A stretch of 64,000 nucleotides of DNA from a virus (taxonomy: Duplodnaviria; Caudoviricetes), in the IMG/VR virus record IMGVR_UViG_3300020037_001525, positions 1-64,000 of that record; one strand, 5' to 3'. The notes beneath the pieces are model-generated. The model did not search any database. It was not told where the DNA came from and saw nothing but the letters and a program-made list of their open reading frames with translations. Positions 7,892 through 17,534 of this stretch are shown piece after piece. The stretch's first letter is position 1. Each line of letters opens with the position of its first letter. Both the position numbers and the translations under genes were made by a program.

Positions 7892-9766
7892 TTAAAGGTC
7901 AGAAATTCTTGATGCAGTAATCGAGAAACCACCACTACCAAAGGTTGCTGTTGTCTCAAATGTCTTGATTGGTGCGGCACCACCATTTCTTACACGAGCA
8001 AACATTGCTCTTGCTGAGGTGTACACCATCGTAAAAGATTCAATAGCACTTGTAGCAACCTTATCTAAATAGCTTGTCCAACATTGTGTTCCATTGGGTG
8101 CTGTATTGACACTAAAGTCTGTTGCACCTATTGTAAAAGTAGAACCTGACCAAGAAGTGTATGGATGTTTTGTATATATTCCATTTGCTCTCTTAATACG
8201 AATAGTTCCTGTTACAGGTGTATCTGTAGCTATGGCTCCATTAACTACCACATGCACTACTGCTGCGCCATTCAAGAGACCATTTAATGTCATTTGTCTT
8301 GTATTGAAATAATTCGAAACAGCACCATCTACATTTGCTGTGGCACCAGAAGAACCTCCTGTTATAGTTGAGTTATCAGTTGGTGGTGAACCTGTTAAGG
8401 CTGCTCCGATAAACATTTTACCTGTTGTACCATTGTCGTATAAATCAGCCAATATTGCTGTTCCTGCAGGTGCGGTAAATGTAAGAGTTTCACCAATTGT
8501 GAATGGCCCACCTACCTCAGCGTCATAAAAAAACCAATATCCCAATGGTCCGACCAATACTGTATCGGCAGGTGCTGTTGTTTCTAAACCAGCCACAGAG
8601 CCTGTTTGGAAGTTAGGTGGTGAGAACTGTGTATTATCTAAATCAAATACTTTATCATTTGCTGTTAAGTCTGTTGCCTGAACCCCAAATCCATAAGCAC
8701 CTGTTATAGCAGTACCTGTTGACGTTCCGCAAAATGGTTGCGAAACGACACGTTCTGTCACTGTGACATTCACCTCACAAGTAGCACCACTTGTTGCACC
8801 TGTTATAACCTGATTATCAACAGGTGGAATACCTGTCAGCACTTGAATCCACATCTTAGTAGCCGCATTAACATCATTTATAGCCACCATTGCTCCAGTT
8901 CCACCAGACCAAGAAACCAATTCAGTAGTGCTGAAATTCGTAACAGATTGATTATCTACAACAACTTCATGAGTGATACCTCTGAAAAGCTGTCCTTGCA
9001 CTCCGTATAAAGTTGTCGTCTCTCCTCTTCGTGTAATATACTTCATTCTCTCATAAAACTGATTGATTGTATATGTATCTCTATCCCACTCTGAATAAAA
9101 GTATTCGTCAGTTGTATCGTTGTTAACATCAATACCATTATATAAGGCAGACGCATTAACTATTGTTACCCATGTAGCTACAGTTCCCGATGGCGTTTGA
9201 TTGTTAGGGTCAGCTGCATAGTTGAGTGCCATTACATTATTACCACGAGAAGTTCCGTTCACAGGAAATTCTGAGTAAGTATATCCAAATTCTCTTGTGG
9301 TTCCTCTTAAACGTCTTCCGTCTATATCTACTCCACCTGCTCTCACTTGTAATAGAAATCTATGAGATATACCATTTGCGCTATCCGCATTATAACCTGT
9401 AGTCCAGAAATTGGTAGCTAAAGCACCATTCTGTATAACATTGAGATACATGCCAGCATTAGCATATACTAAGATTCCATCATAAATAGTGTCTCCATCA
9501 TCTTGAATGATTGAACCATCGTAGAAATATTTGGATGCATCATAATCAATGTTAACTCCATTAATCAATGTAACAATGTTATCTGTACTTCTCTCAGAAG
9601 GTGTAGGGTCTGTAATATCGAGTTCATCATCGCCTGTATAAGAAGCATCATCAGCAAGGTCTTGTAACCATCTATGAAGTTCAATTACAGTATAGTGATT
9701 GGAGTTGGCTACATGACGTATATCGCCACTTGCTCTATCGAATGAAAAATCTGTTCCTATTGGCAT
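7892..9766 (-). CDS. putative virion structural protein (624 aa) with an internal duplicated domain
   Basis: Thr/Gly-rich; two copies of ...KM.I...TG.PP.DN..ITG..SGAT..V. Confidence 0.6.
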   Translation of the reverse strand: MPIGTDFSFDRASGDIRHVANSNHYTVIELHRWLQDLADDASYTGDDELDITDPTPSERSTDNIVTLINGVNIDYDASKYFYDGSIIQDDGDTIYDGILVYANAGMYLNVIQNGALATNFWTTGYNADSANGISHRFLLQVRAGGVDIDGRRLRGTTREFGYTYSEFPVNGTSRGNNVMALNYAADPNNQTPSGTVATWVTIVNASALYNGIDVNNDTTDEYFYSEWDRDTYTINQFYERMKYITRRGETTTLYGVQGQLFRGITHEVVVDNQSVTNFSTTELVSWSGGTGAMVAINDVNAATKMWIQVLTGIPPVDNQVITGATSGATCEVNVTVTERVVSQPFCGTSTGTAITGAYGFGVQATDLTANDKVFDLDNTQFSPPNFQTGSVAGLETTAPADTVLVGPLGYWFFYDAEVGGPFTIGETLTFTAPAGTAILADLYDNGTTGKMFIGAALTGSPPTDNSTITGGSSGATANVDGAVSNYFNTRQMTLNGLLNGAAVVHVVVNGAIATDTPVTGTIRIKRANGIYTKHPYTSWSGSTFTIGATDFSVNTAPNGTQCWTSYLDKVATSAIESFTMVYTSARAMFARVRNGGAAPIKTFETTATFGSGGFSITASRISDL

Positions 9767-9784
9767 TTCAAAATTTGTTTAACC

Positions 9785-9794
9785 TTAATATCTG
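9785..9794 (-). promoter_or_regulatory. CAGNTATWA motif (candidate late promoter)
   Basis: CAGATATTAA 18 nt upstream of the ATG at 9766. Confidence 0.45.
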
Positions 9795-9795
9795 A

Positions 9796-10617
9796 TTAAG
9801 AATAAGTGTATGTCAATATGTCATCCCAAACATTGACAAATTCTATTGTGCCATCAGCATATAGAACTGTAGCCTCAGTGGTAGTCTCATCAATACGTTT
9901 TATTTGCCAAACAGGGTCAGAATCTAAACTATTCGTTAATGCTTTGCCTATATAAGTTACGTTTGTCACGCTTGTGTCTATCTTTATAATGTAATCCATA
10001 TCATATGCTGTTGTGATGAATGCTGAAAGTCTTGAATATTCGTCATCTCTTTCTGTTGCATCGGCTAATATCCAAAAATTGGTCTGATATTCAAGGTCAT
10101 CTAATTCAATCTCTTGGTCATCCTCAATGTTGAATTTGAACACCAAATATTCATACAATACTTCGTACCAATTATATGTTCTCTTGACTATGGTCTTTAT
10201 AAGTGTTGTGTTGATATAATTGTTGAAGAACAAAAGTTCGACTGGTGTTGAGAGCACTCCACCTCCATTACCAGACAGCAATATACTTGCTGTAACCAAT
10301 GGACTTTTGAAATATATATTGCGGGATAATATGTTCGCTATTTCTGCATCCCTATCAATCTCTGACTCAAGAATCCAAATATCTGTTCTGTATTCTAAAT
10401 GGTCTGGTCTTGCAGGGTAAACTAAATTGTTGTAATTCTTGATGAATTCTATTGCATAGTATGTAACTCCTGCCCAATAATAAGGGTAAACCCTGATTGC
10501 TGTTACTGCGTCTGTGTCTATGCCATAATTTGTGAATGAGAGTTCATAGAGAACAGTAGTCCCACTCTCATCTCCACTCATGAGCACACTTGATATCAAA
10601 GGATTAACGAAATTCAT
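9796..10617 (-). CDS. putative virion structural protein (273 aa)
   Basis: C-terminal TYIGKA......DPVWQIKRID...LYADG..EF..VWDD is a motif seen in phage structural proteins; internal repeat. Confidence 0.55.
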   Translation of the reverse strand: MNFVNPLISSVLMSGDESGTTVLYELSFTNYGIDTDAVTAIRVYPYYWAGVTYYAIEFIKNYNNLVYPARPDHLEYRTDIWILESEIDRDAEIANILSRNIYFKSPLVTASILLSGNGGGVLSTPVELLFFNNYINTTLIKTIVKRTYNWYEVLYEYLVFKFNIEDDQEIELDDLEYQTNFWILADATERDDEYSRLSAFITTAYDMDYIIKIDTSVTNVTYIGKALTNSLDSDPVWQIKRIDETTTEATVLYADGTIEFVNVWDDILTYTYS

Positions 10618-10627
10618 ATTAACAAAA

Positions 10628-10637
10628 TTAATACCTG
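10628..10637 (-). promoter_or_regulatory. CAGNTATWA motif (candidate late promoter) heading the detached structural cassette
   Basis: CAGGTATTAA 10 nt upstream of the ATG at 10617. Confidence 0.5.
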
Positions 10638-10667
10638 AATATTAAACTTGATTTTGTATCAAATATC

Positions 10668-11138
10668 TTAATTTTTCCTTAAATTGTTCTTTGGCATTGA
10701 AATTCTGAAATTGCAGGCTGGAACCAATCCGTGTTCTTCCATGGTATCAAATACATAATAGTAGTTACCATCTATGAGTTTTGATTCCTTAAGAATGTAT
10801 TCGCAATCAACAACATAACCTTCCGTGTGTTCTTTGCACTTCATGATGAGTCTTCCATGACCTTCTGTCAAATCATGAACAAGCAATCTTCTTTCAAACT
10901 CCCCAGAGAAGAACTTCATTTGCTCAGCGTAAATTTCATCTCTCATCTTAGGGTCTATAATCAACACTCCATCGTTTGTTCTTGAATTTGTTGTTGATTT
11001 CACATGATTTTCTGATATCTGCAGGCTGTACACTAAATTGTATTCCTCCGCTATGTAGTTCAATAGTTCTTGTATTGTTTCTACTTTCTCTTTAAGCAGC
11101 AACTCATTAAACACTGATTCCTTCTCATCTTTCATCAT
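10668..11138 (-). CDS. hypothetical protein (156 aa)
   Basis: ATG ORF in the gene string. Confidence 0.7.
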   Translation of the reverse strand: MMKDEKESVFNELLLKEKVETIQELLNYIAEEYNLVYSLQISENHVKSTTNSRTNDGVLIIDPKMRDEIYAEQMKFFSGEFERRLLVHDLTEGHGRLIMKCKEHTEGYVVDCEYILKESKLIDGNYYYVFDTMEEHGLVPACNFRISMPKNNLRKN

Positions 11139-11152
11139 TCTTGATAACTGTT

Positions 11153-12610
11153 TTATTGTCCAAAATTTCTTATGTAAATCAATTCAGATTTTGCTCTTGT
11201 TATTGCTACATACTTTAAATTCTGCTCCTGCTGAAGTTCCTCTTCAGTTGAAGCATATTTTGAAGGTATTAACTCTGGATTCAAAATAGCTACTTTCTTG
11301 TTCTCTAATCCCTTTGATTTATGTATAGTCATCAGAATAATTCCCTGATTTGTTTCATCAACAAAAATCTGTTTTATCTGCTTCTTCATTTGTGCTGTAG
11401 ATATCGCTGATTGTGATAGTATCTTTATGATTTCAATCTTCTCAATGAAGTCCAACATTGACTGATGATTCTCTGGCTTAGACACACCCTTGTTCACCAA
11501 CTTTACTTTAAGCCTAAGTCTGTCAGACTCAAGATGCTTTATCATATCTGATATACTTGTTTGTCTCGTCTTGTCAATTACTCTGATTATGTTATCTCCT
11601 ATCTCCTTGCCCTTTATGTTGGCTTTCACACCATCTGTGAGCAACTCAAAGAATAATTGCACCAATGGTTTAGTGTTACGACAAACCACAATCATATCGC
11701 CAGATATGTCCTCTCTTATTCCGTCTCTTACAACTCCTTTCTCAGCAAATGATGAATGCTCAATATATGGCACTATGTTCTTTGCTTCATTTACTATGCT
11801 GATTCCGCAACGATACGACACTGATAACGGCAATTCTACAACCTTATTGCCTAATATAGAACCTAAATTGTAGAATGAATTGCTATCTGAACCTGCGAAT
11901 GAATATATAGCCTGTTTTGGGTCTCCAACATAAATGACTTTGGTATTATGGTTCATCATCTTCTTCACCATTGTCTGCTGCGCTTTTGATAAATCTTGAG
12001 CCTCATCAACGAATATGTAATCATACTTCTGCAACTTTATGTTTTTAGATGCAGGTATATGTATCATATCCACAAAATCAACACTATCAAACATCGACTT
12101 ATTGCTATAATTGAGTAACTCCTTAGCATTCTTCACCTCATCTTTGAATATTGATATTGAGTGTCTTGTTGCTATTTCAGCTATCTTAACATCATCTTCA
12201 TACTCCATGTAGATACGCATATAATCTACTATCTTTGATACTCTGTACACGTATGACGATTGGTTCTCCTCAATATTCCACTTCTTAAATAGCTTCAATC
12301 CAAGAAAAAACACCTTGCCCTCACTAAGTTTTATCTTGTTGCCATACCAACGCAACATAGTCTTAAACCCAAATCCATGGAGTGTTGATACTTCAACATT
12401 CGAAGGCACTTTCTTCTTTAATTCATCAACAATAGCAACATTGAATGCTAAGAATATGATTCTCTTATTCTTTGGTATCAACTCCAAGCAACTAACTATT
12501 GTCGTTGTCTTACCACTTCCAGCAACTGCATTAACTGCTATCGTATCTGTTCTTTGAGCAATTGTTTCGTCATATATATTCTTTTGATATTCTGATGGTC
12601 TGTGTTCCAT
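11153..12610 (-). CDS. uvrD: UvrD/Rep-like superfamily 1 helicase
   Basis: AVAGSGKTT Walker A; FVDEAQD; VGDPKQAIYSF.G; LSVSYRC; TIHKSKGLE; YVAITRAK. Confidence 0.92.
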   Translation of the reverse strand: MEHRPSEYQKNIYDETIAQRTDTIAVNAVAGSGKTTTIVSCLELIPKNKRIIFLAFNVAIVDELKKKVPSNVEVSTLHGFGFKTMLRWYGNKIKLSEGKVFFLGLKLFKKWNIEENQSSYVYRVSKIVDYMRIYMEYEDDVKIAEIATRHSISIFKDEVKNAKELLNYSNKSMFDSVDFVDMIHIPASKNIKLQKYDYIFVDEAQDLSKAQQTMVKKMMNHNTKVIYVGDPKQAIYSFAGSDSNSFYNLGSILGNKVVELPLSVSYRCGISIVNEAKNIVPYIEHSSFAEKGVVRDGIREDISGDMIVVCRNTKPLVQLFFELLTDGVKANIKGKEIGDNIIRVIDKTRQTSISDMIKHLESDRLRLKVKLVNKGVSKPENHQSMLDFIEKIEIIKILSQSAISTAQMKKQIKQIFVDETNQGIILMTIHKSKGLENKKVAILNPELIPSKYASTEEELQQEQNLKYVAITRAKSELIYIRNFGQ

Positions 12611-12966
12611 ATCTTGTCCACTGTTAATTTCTTTAGTCCTAATGCTATTTTGCTTTCGCTTATTAACGGTGGGTACATTGAGGAAGGTAATCTCAGGTCA
12701 GACCTGAATTCTACTCCATCAAAGCAAATCTCAAAGGAATTCATAGCTTCTTCATATTCTTCACTATTATACACATAGTAGTCTGAACATAATATGAATA
12801 TCATATTTATCTTGTAATAAATAAAACACTTGAATTTTTTATTTGGGATTATTGTTTGTATTGGTTTGTCGCCTATCCTCTTTATCACTAAAGAATCTGG
12901 AAACCACTGGTCTAACAATTCCAACGCAATTATTGCTACATTCAGCAATTCAGACAATCTGCTCAT
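12538..12966 (-). CDS. hypothetical protein (142 aa), 3' end overlaps the helicase start by 73 nt
   Basis: ATG ORF in the gene string. Confidence 0.55.
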   Translation of the reverse strand: MSRLSELLNVAIIALELLDQWFPDSLVIKRIGDKPIQTIIPNKKFKCFIYYKINMIFILCSDYYVYNSEEYEEAMNSFEICFDGVEFRSDLRLPSSMYPPLISESKIALGLKKLTVDKIWNTDHQNIKRIYMTKQLLKEQIR

Positions 12967-12977
12967 TTAAGCATTAA

Positions 12978-13307
12978 CTATGAAGTGAATGTTATCCAAC
13001 TACAATGTTCACTAAACTTGATATTCGATTCTTTACTATTCCTTGATAACAAATCTGTAAAGGATTGATTGAAGCCTATATCACTCATTGTATCAAGATG
13101 AATATTCTCAATCCATGTGGTAATTGGTCTTCCTTTTAATGTACAATAGTTCACAGATGTAGTGTTTGACTTCTCACTTGGCTGGAACAACGAGTATAGG
13201 AATATCTCAAGTTTACCTTGACAAATTTCTACAACTGCTAAATTGTGGCCAATAGCGTTCAACTTACAAATTTTCTTATATATGTCTTCAGATATATTGT
13301 TTACCAT
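12978..13307 (-). CDS. hypothetical protein (109 aa)
   Basis: ATG ORF overlapping the upstream stop. Confidence 0.6.
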   Translation of the reverse strand: MVNNISEDIYKKICKLNAIGHNLAVVEICQGKLEIFLYSLFQPSEKSNTTSVNYCTLKGRPITTWIENIHLDTMSDIGFNQSFTDLLSRNSKESNIKFSEHCSWITFTS

Positions 13308-13932
13308 AAATTTCCATTATTTTTTGTTTCAAAGATTCAAGATTCTCTGTATATTGGTTGTGTGATATTTTATTACTCTTCAAGAACTCCTGAAATCTCT
13401 GTCCTTCAACCTTCATAATCATTATGCCGTGCTCAATTTCATTCAAATTCATATTGCTTATATCAATATCTGTGAAATCTACATGGTGTAAGTACTTAGC
13501 TGATGACCTGACCCAAATTTCATTTTGTTCTGAATTATCGACAACTTGGTTGTGTTTCTTGTAATTCCTTTCATATATTCTATATACTATCTTGTTTAGT
13601 GCTGAATTCAGATAGAAGTGAAATTTCTTGAAATCTTTCATCTTCATATTAAGCACACAACGATGTAAACCGAAATAGCATTCTATTGTTATGTCTTCCT
13701 TTGTGTGTATAACTTTTAGCTTATCATAATTCTTTGTAAGATGGAAGAAATTATTGATAGCCTTCATGATTATTGTAGAACAACCAACGAACAATTCCAG
13801 CATCAACTCTTGTCTTTCCCTCTCTGACAAGTCTTGCTTTTTTCTCAGTAAAATGACACATTTCCGTACCAACTTATGATTCAAATTATAATTAGCATTC
13901 TTATCAATTAAGCTATACATATTGTTCTTCAT
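13288..13932 (-). CDS. RNA polymerase sigma-factor-like protein (1)
   Basis: Region-2-like KEDITIECYFGLHRCV...F.FYLNSALNKIV; C-terminal region-4-like LNEIEHGIMIMKVEG. Confidence 0.6.
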   Translation of the reverse strand: MKNNMYSLIDKNANYNLNHKLVRKCVILLRKKQDLSERERQELMLELFVGCSTIIMKAINNFFHLTKNYDKLKVIHTKEDITIECYFGLHRCVLNMKMKDFKKFHFYLNSALNKIVYRIYERNYKKHNQVVDNSEQNEIWVRSSAKYLHHVDFTDIDISNMNLNEIEHGIMIMKVEGQRFQEFLKSNKISHNQYTENLESLKQKIMEIYGKQYI

Positions 13933-14262
13933 CTACCTTGCGCCATATTTTTTTAATTTGTCCATCTTCTCATCTCTTCCATGCTTCTTGAAATTGTCTC
14001 TTGCTCTTTTATTGAAATATTCTGTACGCTGATTAGCATCCATGCCTGCTATCTTCATGATGTATAGTGGCTTATAGTCTTCTCCTTCTACATTTGCATC
14101 TATTGCTGTAAGAGGATGCTTCTTACATTGTTTGTTAGAACATGTTATTCTTACATTCATGTTCTTATTTGTAAAGTAAACCAATTCCTCACCTCTAACA
14201 GCTATCGTGAATTTAGCTATTATTGACTCCGTTTCACACTTATCACATTTAAAATTGTTCAT
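13933..14262 (-). CDS. zinc-ribbon protein (FmdB-like)
   Basis: N-terminal FKCDKC...CSNKQC. Confidence 0.55.
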   Translation of the reverse strand: MNNFKCDKCETESIIAKFTIAVRGEELVYFTNKNMNVRITCSNKQCKKHPLTAIDANVEGEDYKPLYIMKIAGMDANQRTEYFNKRARDNFKKHGRDEKMDKLKKYGAR

Positions 14263-14263
14263 A

Positions 14264-14599
14264 CTATAAAAAGTTTTTCAATTGTTCAACATCATCAATA
14301 TTAACAGCAATCCCTAAGCATCCATCTGCCATCGTCAATAGTGCCACTCTTATATCATCTAATTCATATATGCTTACATCTTCTGAAATCTCCTCAATCA
14401 TTATAGCTTCTCCTTGAACAAAGTAATACAATTCATGTATCTCATCCTTATTCTCACCATATTTATCAAAACAAAATAATATCTTATTGTAGTCTGATGC
14501 TATGTGTTTAAGCAAATCAACAAATATTGACTCCTTAAAGTCTTCTTCATTGAATATACCTTCTTCTTCACTAAAATGTGTTATCTTATTGAATTTCAT
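14264..14599 (-). CDS. hypothetical acidic protein (111 aa)
   Basis: ATG ORF with coupled overlap. Confidence 0.65.
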   Translation of the reverse strand: MKFNKITHFSEEEGIFNEEDFKESIFVDLLKHIASDYNKILFCFDKYGENKDEIHELYYFVQGEAIMIEEISEDVSIYELDDIRVALLTMADGCLGIAVNIDDVEQLKNFL

Positions 14600-15038
14600 T
14601 GTCTTCTATTGCTAATTTTAGTAAACAAATTGCGTCTGCGACGTTATCATCATTGCCTCTGTAACCGTATTTCTTGATTGCTGTCTTTATCATCTCTTTC
14701 TTACCACAATTCCCATTGCCTGTTGCATGCTTCTTTATGGTTTTAGCATGATATCCTTTGAATGGTATATCTCTCTCAGTGCATAGCAGTTCTATTACGC
14801 CTACATACTTTGCATGTGACATTATCGCTGCTGGCATTCTGCCTGACACTGCCTCGAAGAATATCATATCTATGGACTTCTCTTCTATTTTCTTGATAAG
14901 TTCGCTCCTGAACTTCAGCAATCGCATCCCGAAATTTTCATTCCTTGTAATTTTAAACGTCCATAACCCATGTGTTCCATCAGAGCATGCCCACCCTGTA
15001 AGCTCGGCAGGGTCAATTGCTAACACATTGTATTCCAT
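14586..15038 (-). CDS. ruvC: RuvC-like Holliday junction resolvase
   Basis: VLAIDP...TGW; IFFEAV; TIKKHATGNGNCGKKEM; DDNVADAI. Confidence 0.88.
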   Translation of the reverse strand: MEYNVLAIDPAELTGWACSDGTHGLWTFKITRNENFGMRLLKFRSELIKKIEEKSIDMIFFEAVSGRMPAAIMSHAKYVGVIELLCTERDIPFKGYHAKTIKKHATGNGNCGKKEMIKTAIKKYGYRGNDDNVADAICLLKLAIEDNEIQ

Positions 15039-15648
15039 TCTTTCTTAGTTTATTATTGATTTTCCTTCTTTTGTTCGATTGTCTAATTCTGTCTTTCATC
15101 TCTTCAGTCCAAATGAGATTCTTATTCTTGTTTACCATATACTCATTGAAGTGAGCAGGCATGTTATGTGGTTTACCTTTGTTTGCTTTAGATATGCTTA
15201 GCCTTGATTGTTCTGTATGTGATATTCCCAATCTTCTATTATTACCAATTAAAGAAGCTGTTATCTTAGCTTGAATATTTTCACTCCTTGATGGTTGAAT
15301 ACCTTTATCTTTCAATGTTTGGCTTATTCTTAAAGCTATCGATGGAATAGTTGATGGATTAACACAATTATGTCCAATTGCCGCTCCTTGTATAATATTG
15401 TATCCCACATCTGGGTTGCAAGAATTGAATTTCTTTATAAACAATTTCTCCCATATATTCAACATCTTTCTTGTACTGATATCGTCTTTCAATACCTCTT
15501 TTGTAAAATTTTCTTTGCCATACTTCTTGATAGCTACTGCTAATATTGTGCCTCCACCAATGTATTTCTTAGACTTTGATGATTCTTTGCAAGACTGTCC
15601 AATGTATATCTTGCCATTGACTAAGCAAAGTGTTTTATAGATATACAT
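15013..15648 (-). CDS. free-standing GIY-YIG homing endonuclease (Seg-like) with NUMOD3-like tail
   Basis: YIYKTLCLVNGKIYIGQ...AIKKYGKENF...E...I....GYN; HTEQSRLSISKANKGK. Confidence 0.88.
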   Translation of the reverse strand: MYIYKTLCLVNGKIYIGQSCKESSKSKKYIGGGTILAVAIKKYGKENFTKEVLKDDISTRKMLNIWEKLFIKKFNSCNPDVGYNIIQGAAIGHNCVNPSTIPSIALRISQTLKDKGIQPSRSENIQAKITASLIGNNRRLGISHTEQSRLSISKANKGKPHNMPAHFNEYMVNKNKNLIWTEEMKDRIRQSNKRRKINNKLRKNGIQCVSN

Positions 15649-15650
15649 TG

Positions 15651-17534
15651 TTATATGATATTTTCATAGTGTGTTTTTATAGTAGTATTCTTGTTCTTCT
15701 TTGTGAAAATCACTCTGTTCTTAATATGTATTCCATCAATCTGATGCATTACAACCATACAATTTATCCTCAACCGTTCCAATATCTTAATAGCCTCAAT
15801 CTGTCCAGAATTATCCAAGTACAATATGTTCTCATCAAACGCAAGGAAATTCAATCCCTTTCCATAATCACAGCTATTGTTTATCAAATCCCTAATTCCT
15901 ATTATACCTGACAACGACACTCTTGCTTTCTCACCACCAGAATATCTGTTGAACAACCCTGAATTCTTTCCGTCTTCAACAACAAATATCTCAATCTTGT
16001 CACGCACTGTCCCATCTTTGTTAATCTTATAACCATTGATTTGCGTCTCAAGATTAGAACCTATTTTGTTCAGATAAAAGTTTGTAACGTCTTGTATCTT
16101 CTTAATAGATAGATTCGCCAAATATGTCTTAAACCCAGTCTTGTCCATGTGGAACTTCAAATTGCTTATACTCTGTCTTTTGTTGTCGAGCAATTGAAAT
16201 TCATCAACTTTGTTAGTGAATTCAAGTTTTTTGTTTTTTAACTTTGTTTTCAACTGTGTAATTAACAACTTATTTGGGTTGGAAACATCTATGTCTTTGA
16301 GTTCTTGTATAGTCTTTGACAACTTGTTTTTGTAATTGTCAAGATTTGTTGACTCTTCCTCAATGCTTTCCTTCAAATTGCTTATCTTCCTGTTCGCAAC
16401 CTTTAGGTCAGTCTTCATTTCTTCAAAAACTGTTATCTGCTCATCAAGTTTAGCAATATCAGAATTCAAAGACACTAACTTCTCGTTGTTATTATCAATA
16501 GCTTTCTTATGTAATAATATAAAATTCTTCAATTGCTTCAGGGTGTACTCTGATTCTGGTAGAAACTCATTATCACACTTAGGACATTTAACTGCTCCAC
16601 CTGTAAGAACCTCATACCTTTTGATTTCCTTCTTCAATTTGTTGGTCTCTGTTTCTAAATTATCCGCATCGTCACTCATGTCGCTATGTTGTCTCTCTAC
16701 ATCTTCCATCTTTCTTTCATCAAGACCACTTTTCAATGCATCCCTATTAGATTCAAGCTTTCTCAATTTTGCATTAAGTGCTATGATGTTTAATTGTATT
16801 TCTTTTATCTTCTTCTGATATTTATCCTTATTAGATTCTGCTATCTGTTTATTTTCTTCTTCTGCAGCAGTTTCTTCCAATTCAGTAAGTTGTTCTCTGT
16901 ATGAATCCACAACTGCTTCAATAGAAGCTATATCAGACTTGACCTCTTGATATTCTTCATCCATCACCTTCAACTCCTTAGTTAATTCAATAATCACTGA
17001 ATCTATCATGTTAGAATTGCTGAAACGTGATATTATTTGCTTTTGTTCTGTATCCTTTGATGTAAAGAAATTGCTATCATTCCCCTGACCTAATAAGAAG
17101 AAATTCAATATATCCTCTGTCTTTATACCAATCTGCGATATTATTTCCTTGTTACCAACAGCTACAGATGTTTGGTCTTTCCAAAGCACTTTATCAAAAT
17201 AAATTTGTAGCTTAGATGATTTATTACCTCTGAACAATGTACGCACTATCTTCATTTCTCTGTTTAGTACACTGTTATGCATTGACAATGACACTTTGCA
17301 TTGATTCTCTCCGTTTGTTATGAAGTCTTCCTTATCAACACCCCTGTATACATCACCTGTGATGGCCAGTGTTATAGCTTCCAACAATGTTGACTTTCCA
17401 GCACCATTGGAATTAGCACTTTCTTTCTTATCAAGATTCTCTCCTAACATCACTACTAATTCATTGATGAAATCATAGCTTGTCTTTCTGTGGGTGAACA
17501 AGTTCTCCACCTCAATTTTACTTAGATTCCACAT
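15651..17534 (-). CDS. sbcC: SbcC/Rad50 (gp46-like) SMC ATPase
   Basis: NGAGKST Walker A; long coiled coil with CPKC hook; YSGGE signature; LAFDE Walker B. Confidence 0.93.
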   Translation of the reverse strand: MWNLSKIEVENLFTHRKTSYDFINELVVMLGENLDKKESANSNGAGKSTLLEAITLAITGDVYRGVDKEDFITNGENQCKVSLSMHNSVLNREMKIVRTLFRGNKSSKLQIYFDKVLWKDQTSVAVGNKEIISQIGIKTEDILNFFLLGQGNDSNFFTSKDTEQKQIISRFSNSNMIDSVIIELTKELKVMDEEYQEVKSDIASIEAVVDSYREQLTELEETAAEEENKQIAESNKDKYQKKIKEIQLNIIALNAKLRKLESNRDALKSGLDERKMEDVERQHSDMSDDADNLETETNKLKKEIKRYEVLTGGAVKCPKCDNEFLPESEYTLKQLKNFILLHKKAIDNNNEKLVSLNSDIAKLDEQITVFEEMKTDLKVANRKISNLKESIEEESTNLDNYKNKLSKTIQELKDIDVSNPNKLLITQLKTKLKNKKLEFTNKVDEFQLLDNKRQSISNLKFHMDKTGFKTYLANLSIKKIQDVTNFYLNKIGSNLETQINGYKINKDGTVRDKIEIFVVEDGKNSGLFNRYSGGEKARVSLSGIIGIRDLINNSCDYGKGLNFLAFDENILYLDNSGQIEAIKILERLRINCMVVMHQIDGIHIKNRVIFTKKNKNTTIKTHYENII

